Shown here in pieces: positions 26,612 to 36,727 of a stretch of DNA of 64,000 nt (positions are counted from its first letter, which is position 1; every line of letters begins with the position of its first letter). Both the position numbers and the translations under genes were made by a program. The notes below the pieces were generated by a model, which searched no databases, had not been told where the DNA came from, and was given only the letters and a program-made list of their open reading frames with translations. Source of the stretch: Vulcanimicrobiota bacterium (GTDB lineage: Bacteria > Vulcanimicrobiota > Vulcanimicrobiia > Vulcanimicrobiales > Vulcanimicrobiaceae); contig JAFAHZ010000024.1 of the NCBI GenBank assembly GCA_019236975.1, positions 5,096 to 69,095 on the forward strand, written 5' to 3'.

Positions 26612-28039
26612 TCAGCGGGCGCGAATCGCGAAGCTCCACGTCTTCGTCGTTACGTTGCCCGCCTTGTCCGAAACGCGGACCGTCACGCGCACCGGCCCGT
26701 TCCCGTACGAATACGACGGAAGGTACTGAATGAACTGCGCGGTTCGAACGCATTCCGAGGTGACGTCGCGGCCGTTGACCCAAAGCTGCGCGCTCGACGG
26801 ATTGACGGGCACGGCTCCGGAGGCAAACGCCGCGTAGATGCCGGGGCGCGACGAGTTGACGGTTGCTCCGGCGAGCGGAGCAACGTCGGAAATGCCCGGC
26901 GGCGTACTCGCTGCGGACAGCGTCTGTTCCGCTACCGCTTCGGACGGCGGTTGGCCCGAGAGTGACAGGCGCCCGACGATGGGTACGGCAGCAAAGTTTG
27001 CGCCGCGCGGAATCGCGTACTCGCCCGCGTACGTTCCCGGCGGGCCTTCCTGCATCGCCTGATCGGTGACGTACGATCCCACGTCGAACGTTGCCGAACC
27101 GCCGGCCGTGCCGTGCAAGGTTACGCGCACGACGTCGCCGGCCCGCAGCGGGCGGTTCGCGCTGTCCTCGACCGACGCGATGCTCCGATCGGTCGCCGTC
27201 GCGCTCACGCCGCTTCGACTCGCGAGCACCTCGCGCACTTCATTCGTCTCGACGTTGTACCGCACGCTTACGTCGTCGCCGGCGCGCAAATCCGAGAAGG
27301 CGGCTGCCTTACCGTTGAGCGCGACCTCCGTCGTGCGCCCGGCCGCAACGACTTGTCCGTCGTCGAGCACGAACTGGTTGCCCGCGACGGCAACGATTTT
27401 TCCGAAGCGCGATCCGAACGCGTCGATCACGTGCTCGACGCGACCGTCCTTGCGCATCTCGACGCGAGCGTAGTCGCCGGGGCGCACGTCCGCCAACTCG
27501 CCCGGCGTGGTGACGTCGGCGGCGACGTCCTGCATCTCGACGATCGCGTTGCGCGCGATCGGAATGGTCTTGGGACCGCTGTCGTAGCCGAGCGTGATCG
27601 TGGGGGGATCGGAGAGGACGTCGACTGCGGCAACCGTACCGGCCCGAACGTAACCCGCAGCGGTAGCCTCCAAGCCGTTGGCGGTCCTGCCGATAAGCTG
27701 CGCGACGATCGTCACCGTGTTCGTCTTGCGGTCGTACGACGATTGCGCTCCGAGAACGTCCGTAAAGAAATGCAAGGGCGTATACAGAACGTCTTTGACT
27801 TCGATGGTCGGCGTCACGTCAACGCTGCGCGATCCGACCTCCGTTACGACGCGGTTACCATCGCGATCGAACGGCAGCCCGAGCGCGTCGAGCGTGTGAC
27901 GGACGGGAACGTACAGCGTTCCGTTCACCATGCGCGGCGGCGGATCGATGGGAAGCTTGTCGCCGTTGATGACGATCGAGATCGGCGGCGCCGCGCCGAG
28001 AAGCAGGACTCCGAGTAACGCAGCAACGAGTGTACGCAA
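26612..28039 (-). CDS. Secreted multidomain protein with an N-terminal copper-amine-oxidase-like (stalk) domain
   Basis: Signal peptide followed by ISIVINGDKLPIDPPPRMVNGTLYVPVRHTLDALGLPFDRDGNRVV (Cu_amine_oxidN1 pattern). Several beta-rich Ig-like segments follow. Confidence 0.65.
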   Translation of the reverse strand: MRTLVAALLGVLLLGAAPPISIVINGDKLPIDPPPRMVNGTLYVPVRHTLDALGLPFDRDGNRVVTEVGSRSVDVTPTIEVKDVLYTPLHFFTDVLGAQSSYDRKTNTVTIVAQLIGRTANGLEATAAGYVRAGTVAAVDVLSDPPTITLGYDSGPKTIPIARNAIVEMQDVAADVTTPGELADVRPGDYARVEMRKDGRVEHVIDAFGSRFGKIVAVAGNQFVLDDGQVVAAGRTTEVALNGKAAAFSDLRAGDDVSVRYNVETNEVREVLASRSGVSATATDRSIASVEDSANRPLRAGDVVRVTLHGTAGGSATFDVGSYVTDQAMQEGPPGTYAGEYAIPRGANFAAVPIVGRLSLSGQPPSEAVAEQTLSAASTPPGISDVAPLAGATVNSSRPGIYAAFASGAVPVNPSSAQLWVNGRDVTSECVRTAQFIQYLPSYSYGNGPVRVTVRVSDKAGNVTTKTWSFAIRAR

Positions 28040-28042
28040 GCC

Positions 28043-29053
28043 CTACAACACCTCTCCATAGACGTCGGCCGTCGCGCGCGCGCACCGGTCCCACGTCAGC
28101 GTTTGGGCGATCCGTTTTCCTGACTTGACGAACCGGGCGCGCAGCCCCTCGTCGGCGGCCACGTCGTGCAGAATCGCCGACAACTCGGAGGCGTCGGTCG
28201 CCGCGAACGTAAGCGACGCCGGCTCCAGGACGCGCGGCACGGCGTCCTCGCACGCCACGACCGGGCAGCCGGCCGCCATCGCCTCGAGGATCGGCAGCCC
28301 AAAGCCTTCTCGCAGCGCGGGCTGCACGAGCGCGCGCGCTCCGGCATAGTAGGCTGGGAGGCGATCGTCCTCGACATCGCCTAGTGCGACGATGGACCGC
28401 TCCGCTGTCGAACGCCGCTGCAGCTCGCCGCCAAAATCGTCGGGGCCGGTGAGGTACAGGTCGAGTGCGTCGCCCTTCGGCAGCGACGACCACGCATTGA
28501 AGAGCGTCTCCAGATTTTTGTGCTTGCGATGGTTGCCGACGTAGAGCAGATACGGTCGCGCCGCCGAAACCGGCTCCGTAGCCGTAAAGAACCGCTCGTC
28601 GACGCCGAGCGGTATCACGCGAACCTTCGACGGTTTCACTCCCAAGAAACGTTCCAGATCGTCGACCGTTCGCTCGTCATCGGTGATGACGCGGCGCGCC
28701 CGCGCGCACGCCAACCGCACCACCGTCCGATAGTACGGCCCAACCTTCGCCTTGAAATACCGCGGAAACCGCAAATGGATCAGATCGTGCACCGTTATCA
28801 CCGATGGCGCCGGCGCGATCAACGGCACGTAGATGGAAAGAAAGTGCACGAGATCGACGGACGCACGCCGCATCTGCAACGGAAGCCCAACCTGCTCGCT
28901 CCATCCGAAGTTGCCGGCGCCGCCGAAGGACGCGTACTCCAACTCCGGCGCGACGCGCGGAAGCCTCGCGACGAGCTCGCGAGCGTACGACTTCATGCCC
29001 ACCGACATTTGCCTGGTCATCCGCGCGTCGAGTCCGACGAGCTTTCGCGTCAA
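28043..29053 (-). CDS. Glycosyltransferase family 4 (GT-B, Glycos_transf_1)
   Basis: The TTG at 29053 overlaps the upstream stop (TTGA). The C-terminal domain reads YLLYVGNHRKHKNLETL...ALVQPALREGFGLPILEAMAAGCPVVA (EX7E motif). Confidence 0.82.
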   Translation of the reverse strand: MTRKLVGLDARMTRQMSVGMKSYARELVARLPRVAPELEYASFGGAGNFGWSEQVGLPLQMRRASVDLVHFLSIYVPLIAPAPSVITVHDLIHLRFPRYFKAKVGPYYRTVVRLACARARRVITDDERTVDDLERFLGVKPSKVRVIPLGVDERFFTATEPVSAARPYLLYVGNHRKHKNLETLFNAWSSLPKGDALDLYLTGPDDFGGELQRRSTAERSIVALGDVEDDRLPAYYAGARALVQPALREGFGLPILEAMAAGCPVVACEDAVPRVLEPASLTFAATDASELSAILHDVAADEGLRARFVKSGKRIAQTLTWDRCARATADVYGEVL

Positions 29054-29793
29054 CGGCGCAACGCTTTCCAGGCAACGGCCGCCGGGTACGTCGCCGACCG
29101 GAATGCGATGTAGATTCCGCCGGGACCGTCGAGCAGCGCGCCCTTGGCCAACAAGAAGTACGGAAAGCGGATTGCCATCCGAAGCCACGCCGTCAGCAGC
29201 CGCACGAGCGACGGGCGCGAGCCGCCGGCTTCGATCGCCGTGTAGCGCTCGTACTTCTTGCGATACGTTGCGACGTCGGGATACGAATAGTGCAGCAGCG
29301 TCCCGCGCAGGTCGCCGATCGGCCCGCTGCATTCCCAGCGCTCGTGCAGCGCGACGTCTGCTCCGGTCGCCGGCCGCGACTCGAGCCGAGCGCAACCCGC
29401 TCGGAACACCCGCAGCAGCGATTCCCCGCTCCACAGCCGCATCGGCTTTCCGCAGAAATACGTCGTCCGCTTCAGACGGTATCCATCGACGCTCTCACCG
29501 GCGTTCTCGATTGCCTCCCGTAAGACGTCGTCCAGCGCCTCGTCGGCATCCAGCATCAGCACCCACGGTGTTTTCACCAGCGACAGCGCGTACTTTCTCG
29601 CGTCGACGAAATCCGTCCAGTCTCGCTGCACCACCTCGGCGCCCGCGCCGCGCGCAAATTGCACCGTATGATCGCGCGAACACGCGTCGAGCACGAGCAC
29701 GCGCATGTCTTTCGGCAAACTCGTGAGCGCCCGCGGAAGATTGCGCTCCTCGTCTCTGGTTAAGATGACGGCGGTAATATCTTGAGGATTCAC
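29050..29793 (-). CDS. Glycosyltransferase family 2
   Basis: Reads ITAVILTRDEERNLPRALTSL...VLVLDACSRDHT...MLDADE (GT-A fold with DxD). Confidence 0.82.
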   Translation of the reverse strand: MNPQDITAVILTRDEERNLPRALTSLPKDMRVLVLDACSRDHTVQFARGAGAEVVQRDWTDFVDARKYALSLVKTPWVLMLDADEALDDVLREAIENAGESVDGYRLKRTTYFCGKPMRLWSGESLLRVFRAGCARLESRPATGADVALHERWECSGPIGDLRGTLLHYSYPDVATYRKKYERYTAIEAGGSRPSLVRLLTAWLRMAIRFPYFLLAKGALLDGPGGIYIAFRSATYPAAVAWKALRR

Positions 29794-29836
29794 TGCTCGA
29801 GAATTCTTGAAGAGGCGCTGCGTCCCGAACCGATCG

Positions 29837-31546
<1,710 letters not shown>

Positions 31547-32437
31547 TTACTCCGGAGTAACCAGCTTGACGTAGCGAGCGAGTCCCGCGTAGTCCTCGCA
31601 GACCTCGAAGTCGAGGCGCGGAAACGCGCGTCCGACGAGGACAGCCAGCTCGTCGAAGACCGGGGGCGCGGCTTCCAGCAGCAGCATCCCTCCCGGCTTG
31701 AGCAGCCCCGGCGCCCCCGGGAGAAACTGCCGGTACGCTGCGAGTCCGTCGGGACCGCCGTCGAGCGCCTCGCGCGGCTCGAAACCGGCGGATTCGGGCG
31801 GCCGAGGCACGTCGGCACTTGGGACGTACGGCAAGTTCGCGACCACGACGTCGTACTGACGGTCACCGACCGGCGAGGCCAAGCTACCATAATGAAAGCG
31901 GCAGCGTCCGATTACGTTCAGACGCCGCGCGTTGTGCTGCGCCACCTTAATCGCAGCCGACGACGTGTCGGTTCCCTCCACGAAAACGTTCGCATTTTCC
32001 GCCGCGATCGTACATGCGATAGCGCCGCTGCCGACGCCGACGTCGAGCACCGTGACGAACTGTTTCGGGAGGCTCGGATTGACGCGCGCTTTCACGTGCG
32101 CGAGTGCTTCGTCGACTAAATGCTCGGTCTCCGGACGTGGAACGAGGACTTTTTCGTTGACGGTAAACTCGCGCCCGTAAAATCCAACCGTTCCAAGAAT
32201 GTAGGCCAGCGGCATTCCGCCGGCGCGCACGTCGCAGAGGCCGGCGAACTTCTCGGCTTGCGGTTTCGAAAGAAACGTTTCGCCGTGCGCGACGATCCAC
32301 GACCGCTCGCGCCCGAGCACGAACGCCAGCAGCTGCAGCGCGTCGCTCCGCGGGGAATCGCCGGCTTTGGCAAGCCCGACGATGCCGCGCGCCAGCGTTT
32401 GCGCTACCGTAAGGGGCCGGTAGGCCTGCGCGTTCAC
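31547..32437 (-). CDS. prmC: Release factor glutamine methyltransferase PrmC (HemK)
   Basis: SAM motif VLDVGVGSGAI and the catalytic NLPYV (NPPY-type) motif. It lies immediately downstream of prfA. Confidence 0.88.
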   Translation of the reverse strand: MNAQAYRPLTVAQTLARGIVGLAKAGDSPRSDALQLLAFVLGRERSWIVAHGETFLSKPQAEKFAGLCDVRAGGMPLAYILGTVGFYGREFTVNEKVLVPRPETEHLVDEALAHVKARVNPSLPKQFVTVLDVGVGSGAIACTIAAENANVFVEGTDTSSAAIKVAQHNARRLNVIGRCRFHYGSLASPVGDRQYDVVVANLPYVPSADVPRPPESAGFEPREALDGGPDGLAAYRQFLPGAPGLLKPGGMLLLEAAPPVFDELAVLVGRAFPRLDFEVCEDYAGLARYVKLVTPE

Positions 32438-32449
32438 CGAGGCGGATTT

Positions 32450-33547
32450 CTAGACCGCGGAGGCTTCTCCCGCGAGCAGTCGAGCGCGCTCGTCGGCCAG
32501 CAGCTCGTCGACGATCTGACCGATATCCCCGTCCATGATCCCGCGGATGTTGCCGAAGTTCCGGTTGATCCGGTGATCGGTCACGCGGTCCTGTGGAAAG
32601 TTGTACGTGCGAATCTTCTCGGATCGATCGCCGGTACCGACTTGCGAGCGCCGCATGGTTCCCAGCGCCTCCTCTTGCTCGCGTATCTTGCGATCGTAGA
32701 GCGTCGCCCGCAGCATCTGCATCGCACGCTCGCGGTTCTGCTGCTGAGAGCGCTCCTGCTGCGAGGCGACGACGATGCCGGTGGGAACGTGCGTGATGCG
32801 AATCGCCGACTCCGTCTTGTTGACGTACTGGCCGCCCGCCCCAGACGCCTTATAGGTGTCGATTTGCAGGTCGGACGGACGGATCTCGACGTCGACGTTC
32901 TCCTCGACTTCAGGGAGCACCGCAACCGTGGCCGTACTCGTGTGAATCCGGCCCTGCGCTTCGGTCGCCGGAACGCGCTGGACGCGGTGAACTCCGGATT
33001 CGTGTTTGAAATAGCGATAGGGCTCGGCGCTGCCGTTGCCTTTCACCGCAAAAACGATTTCCTTGTACCCGCCGGCATCGCTCGCGCTTTCCGACACCAG
33101 TTCGACGCGCATACCGAGACGCTCCGCGAATCGCATGTACGCCCTCGCCAGATCGCCGCCGAAGATCGCGGCCTCGTCGCCGCCGGCACCGGCACGAATC
33201 TCCACGAAGACGTCCTTGTCGTCGTCGGGATCGCGCGGAATCATGAGCTGTTGCAGTTCGGACTCGAGTGTCTCGGCACGCTCTCGGAGGTTTTGCGCTT
33301 CTTCTTCTGCGAGCGCACGCATCTCGCCGTCGCTTTCGCGCGCGAGCTGGCGGCTCGCTTCCAGCTCGCGTTCGGTCTTGACCAGTCGTCGATGCGCCTC
33401 AACCGGCGCTTCGAGCTGCGCGCGCTCCTTGACCAATGCCGTATACCGCGTTTGGTCGAAGTCGCCGGCAGGATGAGCCAACGTCGCCTCGATTTCGTCG
33501 AAGCGCCGGGACATCGTCTCGAGCCTATTGCGCAGTGCTTGATTCAT
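32450..33547 (-). CDS. prfA: Peptide chain release factor 1
   Basis: Carries PATEAQGR (PxT-type), the GGQ motif (SGAGGQYVNKTESAIRITH) and a typical RF1 N-terminus. Confidence 0.96.
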   Translation of the reverse strand: MNQALRNRLETMSRRFDEIEATLAHPAGDFDQTRYTALVKERAQLEAPVEAHRRLVKTERELEASRQLARESDGEMRALAEEEAQNLRERAETLESELQQLMIPRDPDDDKDVFVEIRAGAGGDEAAIFGGDLARAYMRFAERLGMRVELVSESASDAGGYKEIVFAVKGNGSAEPYRYFKHESGVHRVQRVPATEAQGRIHTSTATVAVLPEVEENVDVEIRPSDLQIDTYKASGAGGQYVNKTESAIRITHVPTGIVVASQQERSQQQNRERAMQMLRATLYDRKIREQEEALGTMRRSQVGTGDRSEKIRTYNFPQDRVTDHRINRNFGNIRGIMDGDIGQIVDELLADERARLLAGEASAV

Positions 33548-33721
33548 TCAAAGGCGCTCCGCCCCAGGCTCCGCGCCCCCCACGGAGCCTGCGCTGAGCT
33601 CTGTCGAAGTGTGGGGCCCCCGTACCATGGGGCGCATAAACATATTGATCATCAAACATTCCCCTAGGGCGCCCCAAACCACCGTTATCTCCTTCACCAT
33701 GATTGCGCGGGACCACGTCGG

Positions 33722-33759
33722 GCAAAATAAAGACGAGTTGCCGGTGCGGCAACTCGTCT
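33722..33759 (-). terminator. Rho-independent terminator downstream of rpmE
   Basis: On the minus strand: AGACGAGTTGCCG-CAC-CGGCAACTCGTCT (perfect 13-bp stem) followed by TTATTTT. It begins about 18 nt after the rpmE stop. Confidence 0.65.
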
Positions 33760-33776
33760 CGAATAGTACGGCGTCG

Positions 33777-34049
33777 CTAAAGGGACGCAGCGGCTTTCTT
33801 TGCGTCGCGTTGCGCCTTGCGTGCGGCGGCCTCTTCCTGCTTCTTCTTCGCAGCGGCCGAGCGCTGGTTGAACTTGTCGACGCGTCCGGCGGTATCGACC
33901 AGCTTCTGCTGGCCGGTAAAGAGCGGATGGCAAGCCGCGCAGATCTCTACCGCGATCTCGGGAAGCGTCGAGCCGGTCGTAAACGAGCTGCCGCACGCAC
34001 AGTGCACGCGGGCCTCGGGATACCATTTAGGATGGAGCTTGGTTTTCAC
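33777..34049 (-). CDS. rpmE: 50S ribosomal protein L31 (with Lys/Ala-rich C-terminal extension)
   Basis: The GTG at 34049 gives (M)[59 protein letters not shown]. The rest of the 221-aa track ORF upstream is Gly/Ala-rich and not coding-like. Confidence 0.88.
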   Translation of the reverse strand: MKTKLHPKWYPEARVHCACGSSFTTGSTLPEIAVEICAACHPLFTGQQKLVDTAGRVDKFNQRSAAAKKKQEEAAARKAQRDAKKAAASL

Positions 34050-34058
34050 AGCCTCTGC

Positions 34059-34064
34059 ATTATA
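34059..34064 (-). promoter_or_regulatory. TATAAT box 9 nt upstream of the rpmE GTG (possible leaderless or very short-leader transcript)
   Basis: The minus strand reads ...CCCTGCTATAATGCAGAGGCTGTGAAAACC. I see no convincing -35 element or Shine-Dalgarno. Confidence 0.3.
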
Positions 34065-34134
34065 GCAGGGCGCGCAAGCCCGCCGGCCGGTCGCTCCGCA
34101 GGAGCCGCCCGGACGCCGCCTAAGAGCGCAGGCC

Positions 34135-34788
34135 GTGAAGCCGATTACGATTTCCGCCCTGGTTGCGGCGCTGGCCGTTGCGGCCGGACTCGCCGCCGTT
34201 TCGCCCGCCGGGATCGGGCCGGCCGTAGCCGCAACGGCGCCCCCCACCCCGCCGCCGATCGATGCCCCCATGCCGGCGCCGACGCCGAGCTCCATCGCCC
34301 CGCCCAACGGTCCGCAGTTTCCGCCGCCGGCAACGCCGGCCGGGTCTCCCGGCGCGAGCGCCACGCCTTCGCCCACGCCCCCACCCGACGCGCGCAAGGG
34401 GCTCGAGGGGGTCTGGGAGGTGCAGATCCAGCGCGGCAGCACGACCGACTACACGCACTTTAAGCTCAACCAAGCGGGTCAGACCCTTTCGGGAACCTAC
34501 CTCGACGCTCGCGGGAAGCGCTATCCGCTGGCCGGGTCGGTCGATGGGCCATCTATCCGGCTGATCGTGACGTTGCCCGACGGGACCACCATCTTGATGG
34601 AAGGGCGCCTCGACGGCACGACCGACATGATCGGGATGCTCACGACGGCTAAGGAGCAGGTGCCGTTTACCGCCGCCTATCGTCCGAAAGAAAAATGGAT
34701 CGAGAACGTCAACCCTGCGCCCGGCGGACTCGGCGTTCCGAACAGTGGGAGCGGCTCCCCCGGCGGTTACACGCCCCCGAAGCGCTGA
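34135..34788 (+). CDS. Secreted protein with a Pro-rich linker and a C-terminal beta-rich domain (hypothetical)
   Basis: Signal peptide [22 protein letters not shown], a Pro/Ala/Thr-rich region, then [47 protein letters not shown]... I recognise no family. Confidence 0.55.
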   Translation: MKPITISALVAALAVAAGLAAVSPAGIGPAVAATAPPTPPPIDAPMPAPTPSSIAPPNGPQFPPPATPAGSPGASATPSPTPPPDARKGLEGVWEVQIQRGSTTDYTHFKLNQAGQTLSGTYLDARGKRYPLAGSVDGPSIRLIVTLPDGTTILMEGRLDGTTDMIGMLTTAKEQVPFTAAYRPKEKWIENVNPAPGGLGVPNSGSGSPGGYTPPKR

Positions 34789-34789
34789 A

Positions 34790-35299
34790 CTACTTTTTGG
34801 ATTCGGCTAGACGTTTCTCGACGTAAGGAACGAGCCCACCGGCATCGATCAGCGAACGCATGAACGGCGGAAACTCGGCCGCTTGATACGTCTGCCCCTT
34901 GGTGCGGTTGACGATCTTTCCGGTAGCGGGTTCGAGTTCGATCTCGTCTCCGTCGGTAATGCCGTCGACCGCCGCCTCGGATTCGAAAATCGGGAGCCCG
35001 ATGTTCAGCGCGTTGCGATAGAAAATCCGCGCGAAGCTCTTCGCTATGACGGCGGACGTTCCGGAACCCTTGATCGCGATCGGCGCGACCTCACGGCTCG
35101 AACCGCACCCGAAGTTCGTTTCGGCAACGATGACGTCGCCGGTTTTCATCTTCCGCGTATACTCCGGGTCGAGACCTTCGAGCGCGTGTTTTCCGAGCTC
35201 GACCGGATCGATGATGTTGCAGTATTTTCCGGGAATGATCACGTCGGTATCGACGTTCTTCCCGTACTTATGCGCCTTACCGCTTAGTCTGGCTTCCAC
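34790..35299 (-). CDS. leuD: 3-isopropylmalate dehydratase small subunit (LeuD type 2 / HacB-like)
   Basis: Reads GKAHKYGKNVDTDVIIPGKY...ETNFGCGSSREVAPIAIK...AKSFARIFYRNALNIGLP. GTG start with an AGAGGGGA Shine-Dalgarno. Confidence 0.88.
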   Translation of the reverse strand: MEARLSGKAHKYGKNVDTDVIIPGKYCNIIDPVELGKHALEGLDPEYTRKMKTGDVIVAETNFGCGSSREVAPIAIKGSGTSAVIAKSFARIFYRNALNIGLPIFESEAAVDGITDGDEIELEPATGKIVNRTKGQTYQAAEFPPFMRSLIDAGGLVPYVEKRLAESKK

Positions 35300-35342
35300 G
35301 AAGCGTATATCCCCTCTTATGCAAATTCAATTTTACAGGTTC

Positions 35343-35407
35343 AAAGCGAGCGGGTATGGTGCCCGAGCGATTAAACATAGTCAAAGCGAGGGCAGCATAC
35401 CCCGAGC
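35343..35407 (-). repeat. Copy A of a conserved intergenic hairpin element of about 64 nt (13-bp stem with one mismatch, conserved 25-nt loop), 2 nt after the leuC stop
   Basis: Plus strand: GCGAGC-GGGTATGGTGCCC-GAGCGATTAAACATAGTCAAAGCGA-GGGCAGCATACCC-CGAGC. See copy B at 59257-59320. Confidence 0.6.
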
Positions 35408-35409
35408 TG

Positions 35410-36693
35410 CTACACTCCTGCCAGCTCGAGAACGCGCGGGTCGGTGATTCTGCCCGAGAGCGCCGACGCCGCACAGGTTGCCGGCGACGCCAGGAACACT
35501 TCCGATTTCGGCGATCCCATACGCCCGACGTAGTTGCGGTTCGTCGTCGAGATCGCACGCTCGCCATCGCCGAGCGTTCCCATGTGACCGCCGAAGCAGG
35601 CGCCGCATCCCGGGGTGTTTACGACGCATCCCGCCGCGGCCAGCGTCGTAAGGACGCCTTCCTGCGCGGCCTGCATCCACACTTTCTGCGAACCCGGGTT
35701 GACGATCACGCGAACGTTCGATGCGATCTTCTTACCGTCGAGGATCTTAGCAACGATGCGCAGGTCCTCGATGTACCCGTTGGTGCACGATCCGACGAAC
35801 ACCTGATCGACCGAAACGTTGTCGGCCGCGACCTCGGAGATCGGATGCACGTTATCGGGCGTGTGCGGGCACGCCACTTGGGGCTCGAGCGAGCCGGCGT
35901 CGATCGTGACGACGCGCTCGTAGACGGCATCGTGGTCGGCGCGGTCGACCGCAAAATCGCGATTCGTGCGCTCCTTGACGAACGCGATCGTCTTGGCGTC
36001 GGCGTGGAAGATACCGTTCTTCGCACCGGCTTCGATTGCCATGTTTGCCATGGTGATCCGTCCCGTAATCGAGAGCTCGTCCACGGTCGTTCCATGGTAT
36101 TCGATCGCTCGATACGTCGCGCCGTCGATGCCTAGCTCGCCCACGGTGCGCAGCATCAGATCCTTTGCGTACACCATTGGGCCGAGCTTTCCGTTATAAA
36201 CGAGCTTGATCGAAGCGGGGACCTTCAGCCACACTTCGCCCAAGACGAAGGCTGCGGCGATGTCGGTCGACCCCATACCGGTTGCAAACGCGCCGAAAGC
36301 GCCGTACGTGCACGTGTGCGAATCGCCGCCGACAATCAGCTCGCCCGGAGCGACAAGCCCCTCCTCCGGCAGTACGACGTGTTCGATTCCTCCGCGTCCG
36401 ACGTCGAAGAAATGCACGATCTCCTGCTCGATCGCAAAATCTTTCATGAGCTTGGCGAGCTTTGCCGACTGAGCGTCCTTCGCGGGGACGAAGTGATCTT
36501 CGACCAGTGCGATGCGGCTGCGATCGAAGACGCGATCGGCACCCTTGATGCCGCGCATCACGCCGATCGCGACGGCAGCCGAAAGCTCGTTGGCCAATAC
36601 GAGGTCGACGTTCGCGTTGATAATTTGCCCCGGCTCGACGCGCTCGAGTCCGGCGTGCCGAGCGAGAATTTTCTCGGTGAGTGTCATGCCCAT
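35410..36693 (-). CDS. leuC: 3-isopropylmalate dehydratase large subunit (LeuC type 2 / HacA-like)
   Basis: Reads MGMTLTEKILARHAG... with the aconitase-family Fe-S ligand region (GGDSHTCTYGAFGAFATG; VFVGSCTNG). The start is the ATG at 36693 or 36687. Confidence 0.9.
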   Translation of the reverse strand: MGMTLTEKILARHAGLERVEPGQIINANVDLVLANELSAAVAIGVMRGIKGADRVFDRSRIALVEDHFVPAKDAQSAKLAKLMKDFAIEQEIVHFFDVGRGGIEHVVLPEEGLVAPGELIVGGDSHTCTYGAFGAFATGMGSTDIAAAFVLGEVWLKVPASIKLVYNGKLGPMVYAKDLMLRTVGELGIDGATYRAIEYHGTTVDELSITGRITMANMAIEAGAKNGIFHADAKTIAFVKERTNRDFAVDRADHDAVYERVVTIDAGSLEPQVACPHTPDNVHPISEVAADNVSVDQVFVGSCTNGYIEDLRIVAKILDGKKIASNVRVIVNPGSQKVWMQAAQEGVLTTLAAAGCVVNTPGCGACFGGHMGTLGDGERAISTTNRNYVGRMGSPKSEVFLASPATCAASALSGRITDPRVLELAGV

Positions 36694-36703
36694 GATAGCT
36701 CTC

Positions 36704-36709
36704 ATTATA
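36704..36709 (-). promoter_or_regulatory. TATAAT box 10 nt upstream of the leuC ATG
   Basis: The minus strand reads ...CGCCCTATAATGAGAGCTATCATGGGCATG. The divergent metY ATG is only 19 nt away on the other strand. Confidence 0.3.
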
Positions 36710-36727
36710 GGGCGAAGCACTCGGGTC

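Noticed and set aside
32120-33667. 515-aa plus-strand ORF
   Set aside because: It is antisense to prfA (GGQ motif on the minus strand) and prmC, and it has no motifs.
33548-33721. Possible ncRNA or small gene in the roughly 175-bp spacer between the rpmE terminator and prfA (includes the 75-aa track ORF 33525-33752)
   Set aside because: The ORF overlaps the prfA start and has Gly/Arg-rich, non-coding-like composition. I found only short GC hairpins (for example CAGGCTCCG-N10-CGGAGCCTG) and no recognisable RNA family. Most likely this is the prfA promoter and 5' UTR.
35343-35407. Interpreting the two hairpin elements as integron attC sites or as Rho-independent terminators
   Set aside because: There are no RYYYAAC/GTTRRRY core sites and no integrase in the window. 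No U-tract follows the stem in either copy, and the 25-26-nt conserved loop is atypical for a terminator.
36694-36727. SAM riboswitch upstream of metY, or a T-box/leader upstream of proS (60788-60888)
   Set aside because: The metY spacer is only 34 bp. The 101-bp region upstream of proS shows only a simple GC hairpin and none of the conserved cores (no T-box sequence or specifier-loop layout).
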